From assembly GCF_003044035.1 (NCBI RefSeq), contig NZ_NVQC01000022.1, positions 210,001 through 242,000 on the forward strand: DNA of 32,000 nt, in the 5' to 3' direction. The notes under the pieces were generated by a model. The model did no database searches. It had not been told where the DNA came from and saw only the letters and a program-made list of their open reading frames with translations. Positions within the stretch are counted from its first letter, which is position 1, and every line of letters begins with the position of its first letter. This DNA is from Candidatus Methylomirabilis limnetica (GTDB lineage Bacteria > Methylomirabilota > Methylomirabilia > Methylomirabilales > Methylomirabilaceae). Both the position numbers and the translations under genes were made by a program. Below, one piece after another: positions 1 through 9,593 of this stretch.

Positions 1-377
1 TGCTCCAGCAGGCCGTTCAACTCCAGCTCCGTCACATCAATATCCGCAGTCCGCTTGATCGACTCCTTCTCAAAGTTGACTCGAAGCTCCCTGAGGGTAC
101 GCTCCTGATCTGTGCTGAGTCCTAACTGCTCTTGCCACATCAGCATCTGGCTGATGAGCGGTCCTTCATGGCCCCCCCGCCCATAGAACGAGGGGCCTAT
201 CCCCTTGCCCCGCATCATCTCATGTCTCCCGCGCATCATTTCGGGAGTCATCCGGTGCCCCGTCATCCCCGGTCCACCCGCACCTTCTTCAGCCGAGGCA
301 GCCTGGTTCCACGTTGGCGGAACCACCAGTCCCAACACACCCACTAGAACCAACGCGGCTGTCACGATTGTTCGCAT
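1..377 (-). CDS. Spy/CpxP-family (LTXXQ-type) periplasmic protein; C-terminus runs off the window
   Basis: Absent from the ORF track because there is no stop in the window. Minus-strand ATG at 377 is preceded by GGAGGAAG. Translation starts MRTIVTAALVLVGVLGLVVPPTWNQAASA (signal peptide), then a Met/Gly/Arg-rich stretch, then LGLSTDQERTLRELRVNFEKESIKR (LTXXQ-like helix). Confidence 0.5.
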   Translation of the reverse strand, partial: MRTIVTAALVLVGVLGLVVPPTWNQAASAEEGAGGPGMTGHRMTPEMMRGRHEMMRGKGIGPSFYGRGGHEGPLISQMLMWQEQLGLSTDQERTLRELRVNFEKESIKRTADIDVTELELNGLLE

Positions 378-492
378 AGTCACTTCCTCCTTCTCAAATG
401 GTTTCTACGGTTTCACGGATCCATATCCGCTGCGATAACCCAAAGCCCGATTGCCACATCTTTTCCTTCGACACCCGGCGGCGGGACAAGGT

Positions 493-1506
493 TTAGTGCG
501 AGCGGACCGGGCCACCGAAAGCCTCAGCGGCCTCATGATATAGGGCCTCCGGGCACTCCTGATATCGTTGGGAAAAATGAAAGACCACCAGCTCCTTCAC
601 GTTGGCCTCGCGGGCAAGGAGTCCGGCCTGCCGCGCCGTCAAGTGGTGCCGCTCGGTCGCGCAATCCCGGTCCCGCTCCAGATACATCGCTTCGCAAAAC
701 AGGATATCCGCATCATGCGCCAGGGCTACGATCTTCTGCCGATTCTCATCGGAATATAGCGTATCAGTGACATAAGCCAGCCTCTGACCGCTCGTGATGG
801 TCACGATCTTGCCTCTAAGATCACCGAGCAGCAGCTCCTGAAATGTCTCGCCGGTTTCATCCCCGCATGGAACTCGGACTATCGTATCATCCGGCGCGCC
901 CATGCGGACCAGCCGCTTGAATTCGGTCAGCCAGGGCCCGGTCGAAAGACCGAGGCACTTCAGCCGTTCGGGGTCGATATTGATCCGCTGCGCTTCAGCC
1001 AGGGCAAAGGCAAGACACGGGATCTTGTGATCGAGATGTACCGCCTCGACCCGGAACAACGGATCGTCGACCAGCACGCCGGTAAACGGTGAAGGCGGCG
1101 GCAGATCGATCCGCTCGAAGCGAGCGCCACATGGGAAGCGTGCTGCGGTAATCTTGTCAGGGCTTACCTCGTGGACGTCGAATATGAGGGAGTACCCTTC
1201 AACCAGGTTCCAGATGTAGCCGGAGAGCTTCCCTTCGACGTTCGAGATGAGGCCTGGCGGTCCGAAGAGGCGAATCGTGTGACCACGACCGAGGACGATC
1301 CGCAGAAGATGATCGAAGCCAATAAAGTGATCGATGTGGGTGTGAGAAACAAAGATATCGGTAACCTTCAGCAGATCGGCAGGCGGCTGCGCCGTCAGAT
1401 CACCGAGATCCAACAGAAGGGCGCGTCGTTCCCACCTGAGCCTCACAAAGAGGCCGGGATCCTCGAATACCCCATTGAGGAGCCTTGATTGAAATAGATT
1501 GATCAT
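493..1506 (-). CDS. MBL-fold metallo-hydrolase, ribonuclease Z-like
   Basis: 337-aa ORF with the HxHxDH motif (VSHTHIDHFIG) and a later HLDH/FHFS pattern typical of the metallo-beta-lactamase fold. Confidence 0.75.
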   Translation of the reverse strand: MINLFQSRLLNGVFEDPGLFVRLRWERRALLLDLGDLTAQPPADLLKVTDIFVSHTHIDHFIGFDHLLRIVLGRGHTIRLFGPPGLISNVEGKLSGYIWNLVEGYSLIFDVHEVSPDKITAARFPCGARFERIDLPPPSPFTGVLVDDPLFRVEAVHLDHKIPCLAFALAEAQRINIDPERLKCLGLSTGPWLTEFKRLVRMGAPDDTIVRVPCGDETGETFQELLLGDLRGKIVTITSGQRLAYVTDTLYSDENRQKIVALAHDADILFCEAMYLERDRDCATERHHLTARQAGLLAREANVKELVVFHFSQRYQECPEALYHEAAEAFGGPVRSH

Positions 1507-1559
1507 TCCTGCAACACCGTGTCACAGAACTCGACATTCGGCGTGAGATGTTACAATCG

Positions 1560-2984
1560 TTAGCCGGCCAAATGGAAGCAGACCAGTTTCAGCTCGGTCA
1601 TCTCCTCCACGGCGTAGCGCGGACCTTCCTTGCCGAAGCCGCTTTCTTTCAGTCCCCCGTAGGGCATCAAGTCAGCACGCCATTGCGGGCCCCAGTTGAT
1701 CATCAGGTTACCCGCCTCGACCTCGCGCGCAAACCGCATCGCCCATTCCAAATTCTTAGTGAAGATGCCGGCCGCCAAGCCGTAGATCGTGTCGTTGGCC
1801 AGCGCAATCGCCTCGTCGATGGAGTCGAATCGCGTAACCGCGACCACCGGCCCGAACAGCTCATCACGGAAGATCCGCATGTCGGGGGAGACATCGGCAA
1901 CGACTGTGGGCGCGTATATAGCCCCCTGACGCACTCCACCCGTCACAACCTGCGCACCGCCTGCCACCGCCTCATTTACCCACTCCTCAACCCGGATGGC
2001 CTCTTTTTCCCGGATCATCGGACCCACCTTGGTCCGTTCGTCCAGGGGGTTGCCCGTGGTCAGAGCGGCCACCTTCGGCTTCAGGGCGTCCAGAAAATCG
2101 CCATAGATCTTTTCGCTAGTCAGGACCCGCTGCGTGGAGATGCAGACCTGCCCGGCATTCGAGTAGCCGGTCGCGGCCACAGCCAGGGCCACCTTGTCCA
2201 GATCGGCATCGGGCATGATGATGATGGGTGAGTTGCCGCCGAGTTCCATGGTGATCTTCTTGATCCCAGCCATCCGGCAAATCCGCTCTCCAACATCGCG
2301 GCTTCCAGTAAAGGTGATCTTACGGACCCGACGATCCCTGCACAGTGCGTCGCCGATCTCAGCCCCCAGGCCGGTCAGGCAGGCAATCCCGTCGGCCGGC
2401 AGGCCGGCCTCCAGCAGCACCTCCGTAAGTTTCAGCGCCGAGAGAGGGGTGTCCGTGGCCGGCTTGATGACGACCGCGTTGCCGGCCGCCAGAGCGGGTC
2501 CGACCTTATGACAGACCAGGTTCAGCGGGAAGTTGAACGGGCTGATCGCAACCACGACCCCACACGGTACGCGCAGCGTGAACCCGAACTTACCGGCAGC
2601 GCCCGGGGCGCCATCAAAGGGGATGGTCTCGCCATGTAACCGCTTGGCCTCCTCGGCTGATAGGGTCATGGTCTGCACTGCCCGGCTCACCTCGAAGCGC
2701 GACTCGGCCAGGCTCTTACCCTCCTCGAGAGTAATGGTTCTGGCGAAATCCTCGCTCCGGGCCTCAATCAGGTCTGCCGCCGCCCTCAGGATTCGATAGC
2801 GGTCGTAGCCGGGAAGCGATCCCATCGTCCGCGCGCCACGGACTGCGCCCTCCATGGCATTCTCTACATCGCCCGGATCCGCACATGGCACTCTATCGAC
2901 CACCGTTCCATCGTACGGGCTCAGGACGTTGATCTTCTTCTCTGCGTCGATCCATTGGCCGGCCGCGTACATCCGCATCGCCAC
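1560..2984 (-). CDS. NAD(P)+-dependent aldehyde dehydrogenase
   Basis: 474 aa. ALDH signatures ELGGNSP (catalytic Glu), GQVCISTQR (catalytic Cys), FTGS and PFGG-like GGLKESG. Confidence 0.9.
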   Translation of the reverse strand: MAMRMYAAGQWIDAEKKINVLSPYDGTVVDRVPCADPGDVENAMEGAVRGARTMGSLPGYDRYRILRAAADLIEARSEDFARTITLEEGKSLAESRFEVSRAVQTMTLSAEEAKRLHGETIPFDGAPGAAGKFGFTLRVPCGVVVAISPFNFPLNLVCHKVGPALAAGNAVVIKPATDTPLSALKLTEVLLEAGLPADGIACLTGLGAEIGDALCRDRRVRKITFTGSRDVGERICRMAGIKKITMELGGNSPIIIMPDADLDKVALAVAATGYSNAGQVCISTQRVLTSEKIYGDFLDALKPKVAALTTGNPLDERTKVGPMIREKEAIRVEEWVNEAVAGGAQVVTGGVRQGAIYAPTVVADVSPDMRIFRDELFGPVVAVTRFDSIDEAIALANDTIYGLAAGIFTKNLEWAMRFAREVEAGNLMINWGPQWRADLMPYGGLKESGFGKEGPRYAVEEMTELKLVCFHLAG

Positions 2985-3197
2985 TTCCCTCCTCCAGCCG
3001 CCTCCTCTTCCCTCATCACGAGACCCGGCAAACGCTCTACGGACTGCCCCTGCTTCATTCTAACAGGAGTTGGTTATTGCGAGACCAGTAATGGCTCACA
3101 ACAGAGTAGAGGTTAAGGCAGCGAGAGACGTGACCCGGCGCACTGGGCCCATTGTACGTAGGACTTCTGTGACGGGAAGGTAGGCTCCTGACTCCGC

Positions 3198-4244
3198 CTA
3201 CCCTCCCCGTGTATGCATTTCAAGGCGGGGGTCTTGTCTGAGTCTATCTACCGAGACCAACACGTCTCTAGACCGAATCTCTTTCCGCTCTTCTGCGCCG
3301 CGATCGCTTCGCATGGTCCATACGGAGACGATGGTGGAGATTATCTCTGCTTTCGAGGCCCCGGATCTGAGCGGAGATCGCAGGTCGATCCCGTGTTGGG
3401 CGTACAGGCACAAGTACCACGTCCCATCGGCGGTGAGCCGACTCCTGTCGCAGGTGCTGCAGAACGGTGTAGTTGTGGACGCGACGATGCCGAACACCGT
3501 GCCGTCCGGCAGGACAAACCGATCGGCGGGTGCAGCACTCACTGCAGCGACCGGCTCAATATAGCCGTACTGTCGCGTGAGAACCTCAAGTATCTCGGCT
3601 CTAGAGAAGACCTTGTCCATCGACCACAAAGTCGCCCCGCCCACATCCATGTACTCAATGAAGCGGACCTCGGCGCTGATCTGCTTGCCAAACTCCAGCA
3701 GATCGACGAGCTCGTCTTCGTTGACCCCCCGGATGACCACGGTATCAATCTTCAATTCCTTTAAGCCAACTTGCCCCGCAGTCTTGATCCCATTCAGCAC
3801 CTTTGCGTGGGAGTCTTTTCTTGTCAGTGCCGTGAAACGATCGGGGCGAAGAGTGTCCAGGCTCACAGTTACGCGGTGCAGACCAGCGTCATGCAGCGCC
3901 TGCGCGGCTTCAGCCAAGAGGATACCGTTTGTCGTAATGGCAAGGTCCTTGATCTGCGGGTTGCGCGCGATCATCCTGACCAGGGCTGCAAGGTCTCGGC
4001 GGACGAGCGGCTCGCCGCCAGTGAGGCGAACCTTGTTGACGCCAAGCTCGGCAAAGATATCTACCAGGCCGCTCACTTCTTCCAACGTCAGGATCTCCTT
4101 GCGCGGAAGCCAGACGTATTCTTCCTCGGGCATACAGTACTGACAACGCAGGTTGCACCTGTCGGTGACCGACAGGCGCAGATTGCGAAGAGGCCTGCTC
4201 AATGTGTCAAGAAACGTTGGGGAGTATTCGGTAAGGTGTGCCAT
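3198..4244 (-). CDS. moaA: GTP 3',8-cyclase MoaA (radical SAM, molybdenum cofactor biosynthesis)
   Basis: 348 aa. N-terminal LRLSVTDRCNLRCQYCMP (CxxxCxxC radical-SAM cluster), C-terminal CSTCDRSRLTADG second cluster, and a GG tail. Confidence 0.9.
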   Translation of the reverse strand: MAHLTEYSPTFLDTLSRPLRNLRLSVTDRCNLRCQYCMPEEEYVWLPRKEILTLEEVSGLVDIFAELGVNKVRLTGGEPLVRRDLAALVRMIARNPQIKDLAITTNGILLAEAAQALHDAGLHRVTVSLDTLRPDRFTALTRKDSHAKVLNGIKTAGQVGLKELKIDTVVIRGVNEDELVDLLEFGKQISAEVRFIEYMDVGGATLWSMDKVFSRAEILEVLTRQYGYIEPVAAVSAAPADRFVLPDGTVFGIVASTTTPFCSTCDRSRLTADGTWYLCLYAQHGIDLRSPLRSGASKAEIISTIVSVWTMRSDRGAEERKEIRSRDVLVSVDRLRQDPRLEMHTRGG

Positions 4245-4330
4245 TTGCGCTTACTCAAAAAAGCCGTCAGCAATCAGCGCTCAGCCGCCAGCCTCAGATA
4301 AATCAGATAAAATAGGGGGAGCACCAGACG

Positions 4331-4361
4331 AGCTGATAGCTGACCGCGAAAGCTGATAGCT
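4331..4361. repeat. Two exact 11-bp direct repeats AGCTGATAGCT spaced 20 bp start-to-start, in the moaA upstream region
   Basis: agctgatagct at 4331-4341 and at 4351-4361, read directly. They lie between the Rieske gene stop (4369) and the moaA start (4244). Confidence 0.6.
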
Positions 4362-4368
4362 TCTCCAC

Positions 4369-4677
4369 TTAGGGCTCCACTTCGATATCCGAGCCGTTCA
4401 CACGAACCCGATAGCAGGGCGCTGCAACTCGCGCGGGAGGCCTAATCACCTCCCCGTTCGTTACGTTGAACTTGGCCCCGTGCCAGGGGCAAGTGACAGT
4501 ACTCCCTTCAATTTCACCTTCGGAGAGGGGACCGCCATCGTGGGTACAGGTATCATCGATGGCGTGGTAGCACCCACCAACATTAAAGAGGGCGATGGTC
4601 TTGCCCCCAACCTCCACTTGCTTAGCCTGGCCGGGGGCCAACTCTCCGGTTGTTGCCACCTTCACAAACGCTGTCAT
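4369..4677 (-). CDS. Rieske [2Fe-2S] ferredoxin-type protein
   Basis: 102 aa with CTHDGGPL ... CPWHGAKF (CxH / CxxH Rieske ligands). Confidence 0.85.
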   Translation of the reverse strand: MTAFVKVATTGELAPGQAKQVEVGGKTIALFNVGGCYHAIDDTCTHDGGPLSEGEIEGSTVTCPWHGAKFNVTNGEVIRPPARVAAPCYRVRVNGSDIEVEP

Positions 4678-4718
4678 CTGTCGACCTCCCCCACCCTCGT
4701 AGCCCGAAACCCCCCGTT

Positions 4719-4740
4719 CCCCCCTTTGGTAAAAGGGGGG
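4719..4740. repeat. GC-rich REP-like hairpin (9-bp stem CCCCCCTTT/AAAGGGGGG, loop GGTA)
   Basis: Read directly in the ferredoxin-Rieske spacer. No T-tract on either strand, so it is not a classical terminator. Confidence 0.5.
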
Positions 4741-4789
4741 GGTGAGGGGGATTTCGCACCCCGTTCGGAGGGTTGCTACAAGAGCTTAC

Positions 4790-5131
4790 CTAGTGTTTCG
4801 CGGGGTACTTCTTGTAATAGAGATTGGCCTCGCTCCCCTCCTCCTCCTTCTGAGCTTCCCACACAGCTCTCTGGACCGCCACCGGAAGGGTATGTCCGTC
4901 CTTGCACGCATCGGCGTTCTGCTGGATGAAATGTTGCCACTGCTCCGGCACCTGGGTCGCTTCGAAGATCGCGGCAACCGGGCACTCCGGCTCGCAGGCG
5001 GCGCAATCGATGCACTCCTCCGGGTGAATCCAAAGGATCTCTTCACCCTCGTAGAAGCACTCCACCGGGCAGACATCTACGCACGCATGGTCTTTGGTTC
5101 CGATACATGGCTCGGCTACAATGTACGCCAT
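4790..5131 (-). CDS. fdxA: 7Fe-type ferredoxin (3Fe-4S + 4Fe-4S)
   Basis: 113 aa. [26 protein letters not shown] and [17 protein letters not shown] cluster motifs. Confidence 0.9.
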   Translation of the reverse strand: MAYIVAEPCIGTKDHACVDVCPVECFYEGEEILWIHPEECIDCAACEPECPVAAIFEATQVPEQWQHFIQQNADACKDGHTLPVAVQRAVWEAQKEEEGSEANLYYKKYPAKH

Positions 5132-5198
5132 CGTTCTTCTCCTCGTTGATTAAGTGGTTTAGGTTGACTGAAGTTCTGATACACGCACAAACCTTTTA

Positions 5199-5510
5199 CT
5201 ACAGGAAACCAAGCTGGAGCTTGGCGGCTTCGGACAGCTTGGACGGATCCCATGGGGGATCCCAGACTACCTCGACCTGGGCATCCGCCACACCAGAGAC
5301 ACACCGCACCTTCATCTCGACCTGCGCCGGCAGTTCCGCTGCAGCCGGACAATGAGGCGACGTAAGGGTCATTGCCACCCTGGCTAAGCCAGAGGGCTCC
5401 ACCTTCACCTCATAGATCAGCCCCAGATCGTAGATATTGACAGGGATCTCGGGATCATAAACGGTGCGCAGGGCCTCGATGACCTCTGCCTCGATTTCAC
5501 TCGTATTCAT
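5199..5510 (-). CDS. sufT: SufT/DUF59 Fe-S assembly protein
   Basis: 103 aa. VYDPEIPVNIYDLGLIY and TLTSPHCP motifs typical of DUF59. Sits in the suf operon. Confidence 0.85.
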   Translation of the reverse strand: MNTSEIEAEVIEALRTVYDPEIPVNIYDLGLIYEVKVEPSGLARVAMTLTSPHCPAAAELPAQVEMKVRCVSGVADAQVEVVWDPPWDPSKLSEAAKLQLGFL

Positions 5511-5609
5511 AAGTAATCAGCTCCCAGCGGTCAGCCGTCAGCTCACGCAAAAACGCTGAGTGCTGAAGACTGATCGCTGCCTTTGTTGGCCTTGATCCGA
5601 TGAAACATC

Positions 5610-6062
5610 CTATTCCGTCGAGGAGACCTGCCCTCTCCCCTCCAGCGCGGCCTGCATGGTATGCCAGGGCAAGGTAGCACACTTAACCCGAACTGGGAAC
5701 TCTCGTACACCCGCAAAGGCGGCCAGCTTCCCAACTACGAGCGGATCACATGCAACGCTCAGATCGGCCGTGACCATTCTATGAAAGGTCTCGAAAAGGC
5801 CCTCGGCTTCCGCTGTAGTCTTGCCTTTCACAGCCGCAGTCATCATCGATGCGGAGGCTTTAGAAATTGCGCAGCCCGATCCCTGAAAGGCGATATCCCT
5901 GATTACATGATCTTCGACAAGCAGGTACACCGTAATCTGGTCGCCGCACAATGGATTATAGCCTTCCGCCGCACGGTTCGCGCCTTCCAGCTTCTGGAAA
6001 TTTCGCGGCCGCTTATTATGGTCAAGGATGACCTCCTGGTAAAGTTCGCGCAGGTCCGACAT
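5610..6062 (-). CDS. sufU: SufU-type (NifU N-terminal-like) sulfur acceptor/scaffold
   Basis: 150 aa. LYQEVILDHNKRPRN, NPLCGD, GSGCAISKASASMM and VKCATLPW motifs. The start codon overlaps the sufS stop by 1 nt. Confidence 0.85.
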   Translation of the reverse strand: MSDLRELYQEVILDHNKRPRNFQKLEGANRAAEGYNPLCGDQITVYLLVEDHVIRDIAFQGSGCAISKASASMMTAAVKGKTTAEAEGLFETFHRMVTADLSVACDPLVVGKLAAFAGVREFPVRVKCATLPWHTMQAALEGRGQVSSTE

Positions 6063-7339
6063 CAGCCAAACAGCTCGGTGACCTTGTAGATCGCCTTCAC
6101 CAGTGCGTCGATCTCGTCTCGCGTATTGTAGAAAGCCACCGACGCCCTGGCGGTGGCCGGCACGCCGAATCGCTGCAGTACCGGCTGAGCACAGTGATGG
6201 CCGGTCCGGATCGCAATCCCCTCTTGATCCAGGATCGTACCGATGTCGTGCGCGTGAACACCGTCAAGGACAAAGGACAGGATACTCGCCTTCTCTTTAG
6301 CGGTCCCGATGATCCGCAGGCCGGGGATGGCGGAGATGGCGTCCGTCGCATACGCCAACAACTCGCCCTCGTAGGCGGCAATCTGATCCAGCCCGATGCT
6401 GCTCACGTAATCGATCGCCGCGCCAAGCCCGATAGCACCTGCGATGTGGGGAGTCCCAGCCTCGAACTTTAACGGCGCCTCGTTGTAGATCGTCTTCTCA
6501 AAGGTGACCGAGAGGACCATGTCGCCCCCACCCTGGTATGGAGGCATGGCCTCGAGGAGGTGCGCCTTGCCGAACACGATGCCGATGCCGGTGGGACCAA
6601 ACAGCTTGTGACCGGAGCATACATAGAAGTCGCAGTCCAGCGCTCGCACATCCACAGGCAGATGGGGCGCGGCCTGGGCCCCATCGATCAGGACGGGCAC
6701 ACCCCGCTCATGCGCCATATCAATCACCTGCTGTACCGGGTTGATCGTGCCAAGAGCATTTGAGACGTGCACCATCGACACCAACCGCGTTCTCGGGCCG
6801 AGCAGCCGCTCATACTCGTCGAGCCGCAACTCACCGTCGTCGTTGATCGGTACGACCCGCAGGACCGCGCCAGTCTCCTTACACACAATTTGCCACGGAA
6901 CGATATTCGAGTGGTGCTCCATCTCGGTGATGAGGATCTCGTCCCCCACCGTAAGAAGTGGCCTGGCAAAGCTGTGGGCCACCAGGTTGATCCCCTCCGT
7001 GGCGCCGCGAACGAAGATGATCTCGCGCGCATCCCTCGCGTTAAGAAAGCGCGCCACCTTGGCCCTGGCACCCTCAAAGGCCTCCGTGGCCCGCTCGCTC
7101 AAGAGGTGGACCCCCCGGTGTACATTCGAGTTTTCAGTCAGGTAATACTTCTCGATCGTCTCAATGACACGCTTCGGCTTCTGACTCGTGGCCGCGGTGT
7201 CGAGGTACACCAACGGCTTGCCGCGGATCTGCTGCTGCAGGGCTGGGAAGTCCTCCCTGATTCGCGCCACGTCGAATGTCGAGCGCGCTGTAGGCTGCGC
7301 CTGCGTATCCTGTGCGGTCATCGCTGTGACTGCTCTCAT
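6062..7339 (-). CDS. sufS: Cysteine desulfurase SufS (class II aminotransferase V)
   Basis: Conserved blocks HHSN, SGHK (PLP lysine) and RTGHHCAQP (active-site Cys). I place the start at ATG 7339, which forms an ATGA overlap with the sufD stop. The ORF track extends it to 7369. Confidence 0.9.
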   Translation of the reverse strand: MRAVTAMTAQDTQAQPTARSTFDVARIREDFPALQQQIRGKPLVYLDTAATSQKPKRVIETIEKYYLTENSNVHRGVHLLSERATEAFEGARAKVARFLNARDAREIIFVRGATEGINLVAHSFARPLLTVGDEILITEMEHHSNIVPWQIVCKETGAVLRVVPINDDGELRLDEYERLLGPRTRLVSMVHVSNALGTINPVQQVIDMAHERGVPVLIDGAQAAPHLPVDVRALDCDFYVCSGHKLFGPTGIGIVFGKAHLLEAMPPYQGGGDMVLSVTFEKTIYNEAPLKFEAGTPHIAGAIGLGAAIDYVSSIGLDQIAAYEGELLAYATDAISAIPGLRIIGTAKEKASILSFVLDGVHAHDIGTILDQEGIAIRTGHHCAQPVLQRFGVPATARASVAFYNTRDEIDALVKAIYKVTELFG

Positions 7340-8706
7340 GGCGTTTCCTCGGGTACGGCGCCGTCGCAAAGCCGCGTGAGCAGAAGCGCTTCGAGCCGGG
7401 CTCGGACCGGCTCAATCTTGATCCGACCGAGCAGCTCGCTCGCAAACGCATAGGTCAGCAGGCTCCGGGCAGCCGCAAGATCGACACCGCGAGAACGCAG
7501 ATAAAACAACGCTTCCTGGTCATGCTGGCCGATGGTCGTCCCATGGGTGCATTTCACGTCATTGTTGAAGATCTCTAACTGCGGCTTGCTGTCGATGACG
7601 GCGTCCTCCGACAGCAGGAGGTTCTTGTTGGACTGCTTGGCGTCGGTTTTCTGGGCAGCCTTGTGTACGACGATCTTGCCGCTAAAGACCCCCTTCGACT
7701 TCCCATCGAGGATACCCTTGTAGAGCTGACGGCTGCTGCAATGTGGCTGCGCATGATCGATCCGCGTGTGGTTATCCACGTGCTGCCGACCCGTCACCAT
7801 ATAGAGGCCATTGAGAGTGCATTCGGCGCCTTCCCCATCGAGCACCACGTTCAGATCGTTCCGGACGAGGGCGCCGCCGAGGTCGATGGCGTGGGACGAG
7901 AACGTACTGTTGTGGCCGAGCTGCACCTGCGCCGTTGCCACGTGGAAGGCCTCCTCGCTTTCCCGCTGCACCTTATAATAGTCGATTACTGCGTTCTCGC
8001 CGCCCACGATCTCGGTGACCACATTGGTCAAATAGACGTCGTGTTCCAGGCCCACGTAGCTCTCGATGATCCGCGCCTGGCTGTGAGACCCGACCACGAT
8101 CAGGTTCCTCCGGTACGACACCGGGGCCGAGCCCCCCTCATCGTCAGTCGGCCCGAGGCGGGCGGAGGAGATGAACAACAGGTGGATGGGTGCGTCGACA
8201 ATCGTGTCCTTTGGAATGGACACGAACGCCCCATCCTCCATGAAGGCGGTGTTGAGGGCCACGAACGCCTGATCGTGGTAACCGGCGTACTGAGCCAGGT
8301 GCGCCTTGACCGAAGCCGGGTTGCTGGCGATAACCGCTGCCAGGCTGCTCACCGTGATACCTTCCGGAAGCTTCTCAAGCGACGAAAGATCGGACGAATA
8401 ATGGCCGTTCACGAAGACGAGTTGGGCGCACGCCACCCCTTCGAGAGTAACTGCGTCCATTGCGATTACGCGATGACGCGATGACGCCTGTCCGGCGCGT
8501 GTGAACGTGGTCTTGACGATCGGAGCGACGTTGGTGTACTTCCAATTTTCGAGCCGAGTCGTGGGAAACCCTAATTCGGTGAACCGGCCGAACGCCGCCC
8601 TGCGGATAAGATTGATCCACTGGGGTCGCCTACACACGCTGCCCCTCTCGAGCCGCTCGAAGTCTACGCGATAGCTGTCCAGCTCTTCCGCAACTTGAAG
8701 CATCAC
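7336..8706 (-). CDS. sufD: Fe-S cluster assembly protein SufD
   Basis: 456 aa lying between sufC and sufS. The C-terminal beta-helix region (LLLSEDAVIDSKPQLEIFNNDVKCTHGTTIG) is typical of SufB/SufD. Confidence 0.85.
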   Translation of the reverse strand: MMLQVAEELDSYRVDFERLERGSVCRRPQWINLIRRAAFGRFTELGFPTTRLENWKYTNVAPIVKTTFTRAGQASSRHRVIAMDAVTLEGVACAQLVFVNGHYSSDLSSLEKLPEGITVSSLAAVIASNPASVKAHLAQYAGYHDQAFVALNTAFMEDGAFVSIPKDTIVDAPIHLLFISSARLGPTDDEGGSAPVSYRRNLIVVGSHSQARIIESYVGLEHDVYLTNVVTEIVGGENAVIDYYKVQRESEEAFHVATAQVQLGHNSTFSSHAIDLGGALVRNDLNVVLDGEGAECTLNGLYMVTGRQHVDNHTRIDHAQPHCSSRQLYKGILDGKSKGVFSGKIVVHKAAQKTDAKQSNKNLLLSEDAVIDSKPQLEIFNNDVKCTHGTTIGQHDQEALFYLRSRGVDLAAARSLLTYAFASELLGRIKIEPVRARLEALLLTRLCDGAVPEETP

Positions 8707-8720
8707 GCCGTTGCTGCCTC

Positions 8721-9515
8721 CTACACGATTCCCCGATCGGAGTCGGGGACAGGCGCCTGTTGGGCAAGTACAGCTTCCGCCTTGATCCAGTCGTACCCTT
8801 TCGCCTCGAGTTCGAGGGCCAGCGCCTGCCCCCCTGACTTGACGATCCGCCCCTCAAAGAGCACATGGACGAAGTCGGGAGTGACGTAGTTCAGTAGCCG
8901 CTGGTAATGAGTGATCAGGATCAGGGCGCGGTCCGGGCTTCTGAGCGCATCAATGCCGTTCGCCACGATCCTCAAGGCATCGATGTCCAGGCCGGAGTCG
9001 GTCTCGTCGAGAATCGCCAGCTTGGGTTCGAGCACGGCCATCTGGAAGATCTCGTTCCGCTTCTTCTCCCCACCGGAGAAACCTTCGTTGAGCGGACGAT
9101 TCAAGAGACCCTGGTCCAGCTCGACAAGCTTCATCTTTTCCTTGATCAGATTGAGGAAGTCGATAGCATCCAGCTCTTCGAGGCCGCGGTGCTTTCTTGT
9201 GGCATTTACTGCCGCCTTCAGGAAGTAGCTGGTGCTCACCCCAGGGATCTCCACCGGATATTGGAAACCCAGGAAGACCCCCTCGCGAGCGCGCTCTTCC
9301 GGAGGCATTCGGAGCAGGTCCTTCCCCTCAAACATCACTTGGCCGGCCGTGACCTTGTAGATGTCCCGACCGGCAAGCAGATGGGCCAGGGTACTCTTGC
9401 CAGAGCCGTTCGGACCCATGACGGCATGGACCTCGCCTGCCTTGACCACAAGATCAATGCCACGCAGGATCTCGTTGTCGCCGACTTGCGCGTGCAGGTT
9501 CTTAATTATGAGCAA
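8721..9515 (-). CDS. sufC: Fe-S cluster assembly ATPase SufC
   Basis: 264 aa. Walker A GPNGSGKST, ABC signature FSGGEKKR, Walker B LAILDETDSGLD. Confidence 0.95.
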   Translation of the reverse strand: MLIIKNLHAQVGDNEILRGIDLVVKAGEVHAVMGPNGSGKSTLAHLLAGRDIYKVTAGQVMFEGKDLLRMPPEERAREGVFLGFQYPVEIPGVSTSYFLKAAVNATRKHRGLEELDAIDFLNLIKEKMKLVELDQGLLNRPLNEGFSGGEKKRNEIFQMAVLEPKLAILDETDSGLDIDALRIVANGIDALRSPDRALILITHYQRLLNYVTPDFVHVLFEGRIVKSGGQALALELEAKGYDWIKAEAVLAQQAPVPDSDRGIV

Positions 9516-9544
9516 AGGTTATCCTCTTCGAATACCCAATATAG

Positions 9545-9589
9545 GGGCAGGGCTTGCCCTGCCCAAAATGGGCGCAGCAAGCAGCGCCC
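9545..9589. repeat. Two adjacent GC-rich hairpins in the sufB-sufC spacer
   Basis: GGGCAGGG-CTTG-CCCTGCCC at 9545-9564 (8-bp stem). GGGCGCAGC-AA-GCAGCGCCC at 9570-9589 (stem with one mismatch). No following T-tract. Confidence 0.5.
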
Positions 9590-9593
9590 CTAC

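Noticed and set aside
1548-2231. 227-aa plus-strand ORF
   Set aside because: Antisense shadow of the aldehyde dehydrogenase gene.
4245-4368. Possible Moco riboswitch upstream of moaA
   Set aside because: The spacer is only about 120 nt. I could not recognise the conserved Moco-motif elements. It is dominated by GCTGA-type direct repeats instead.
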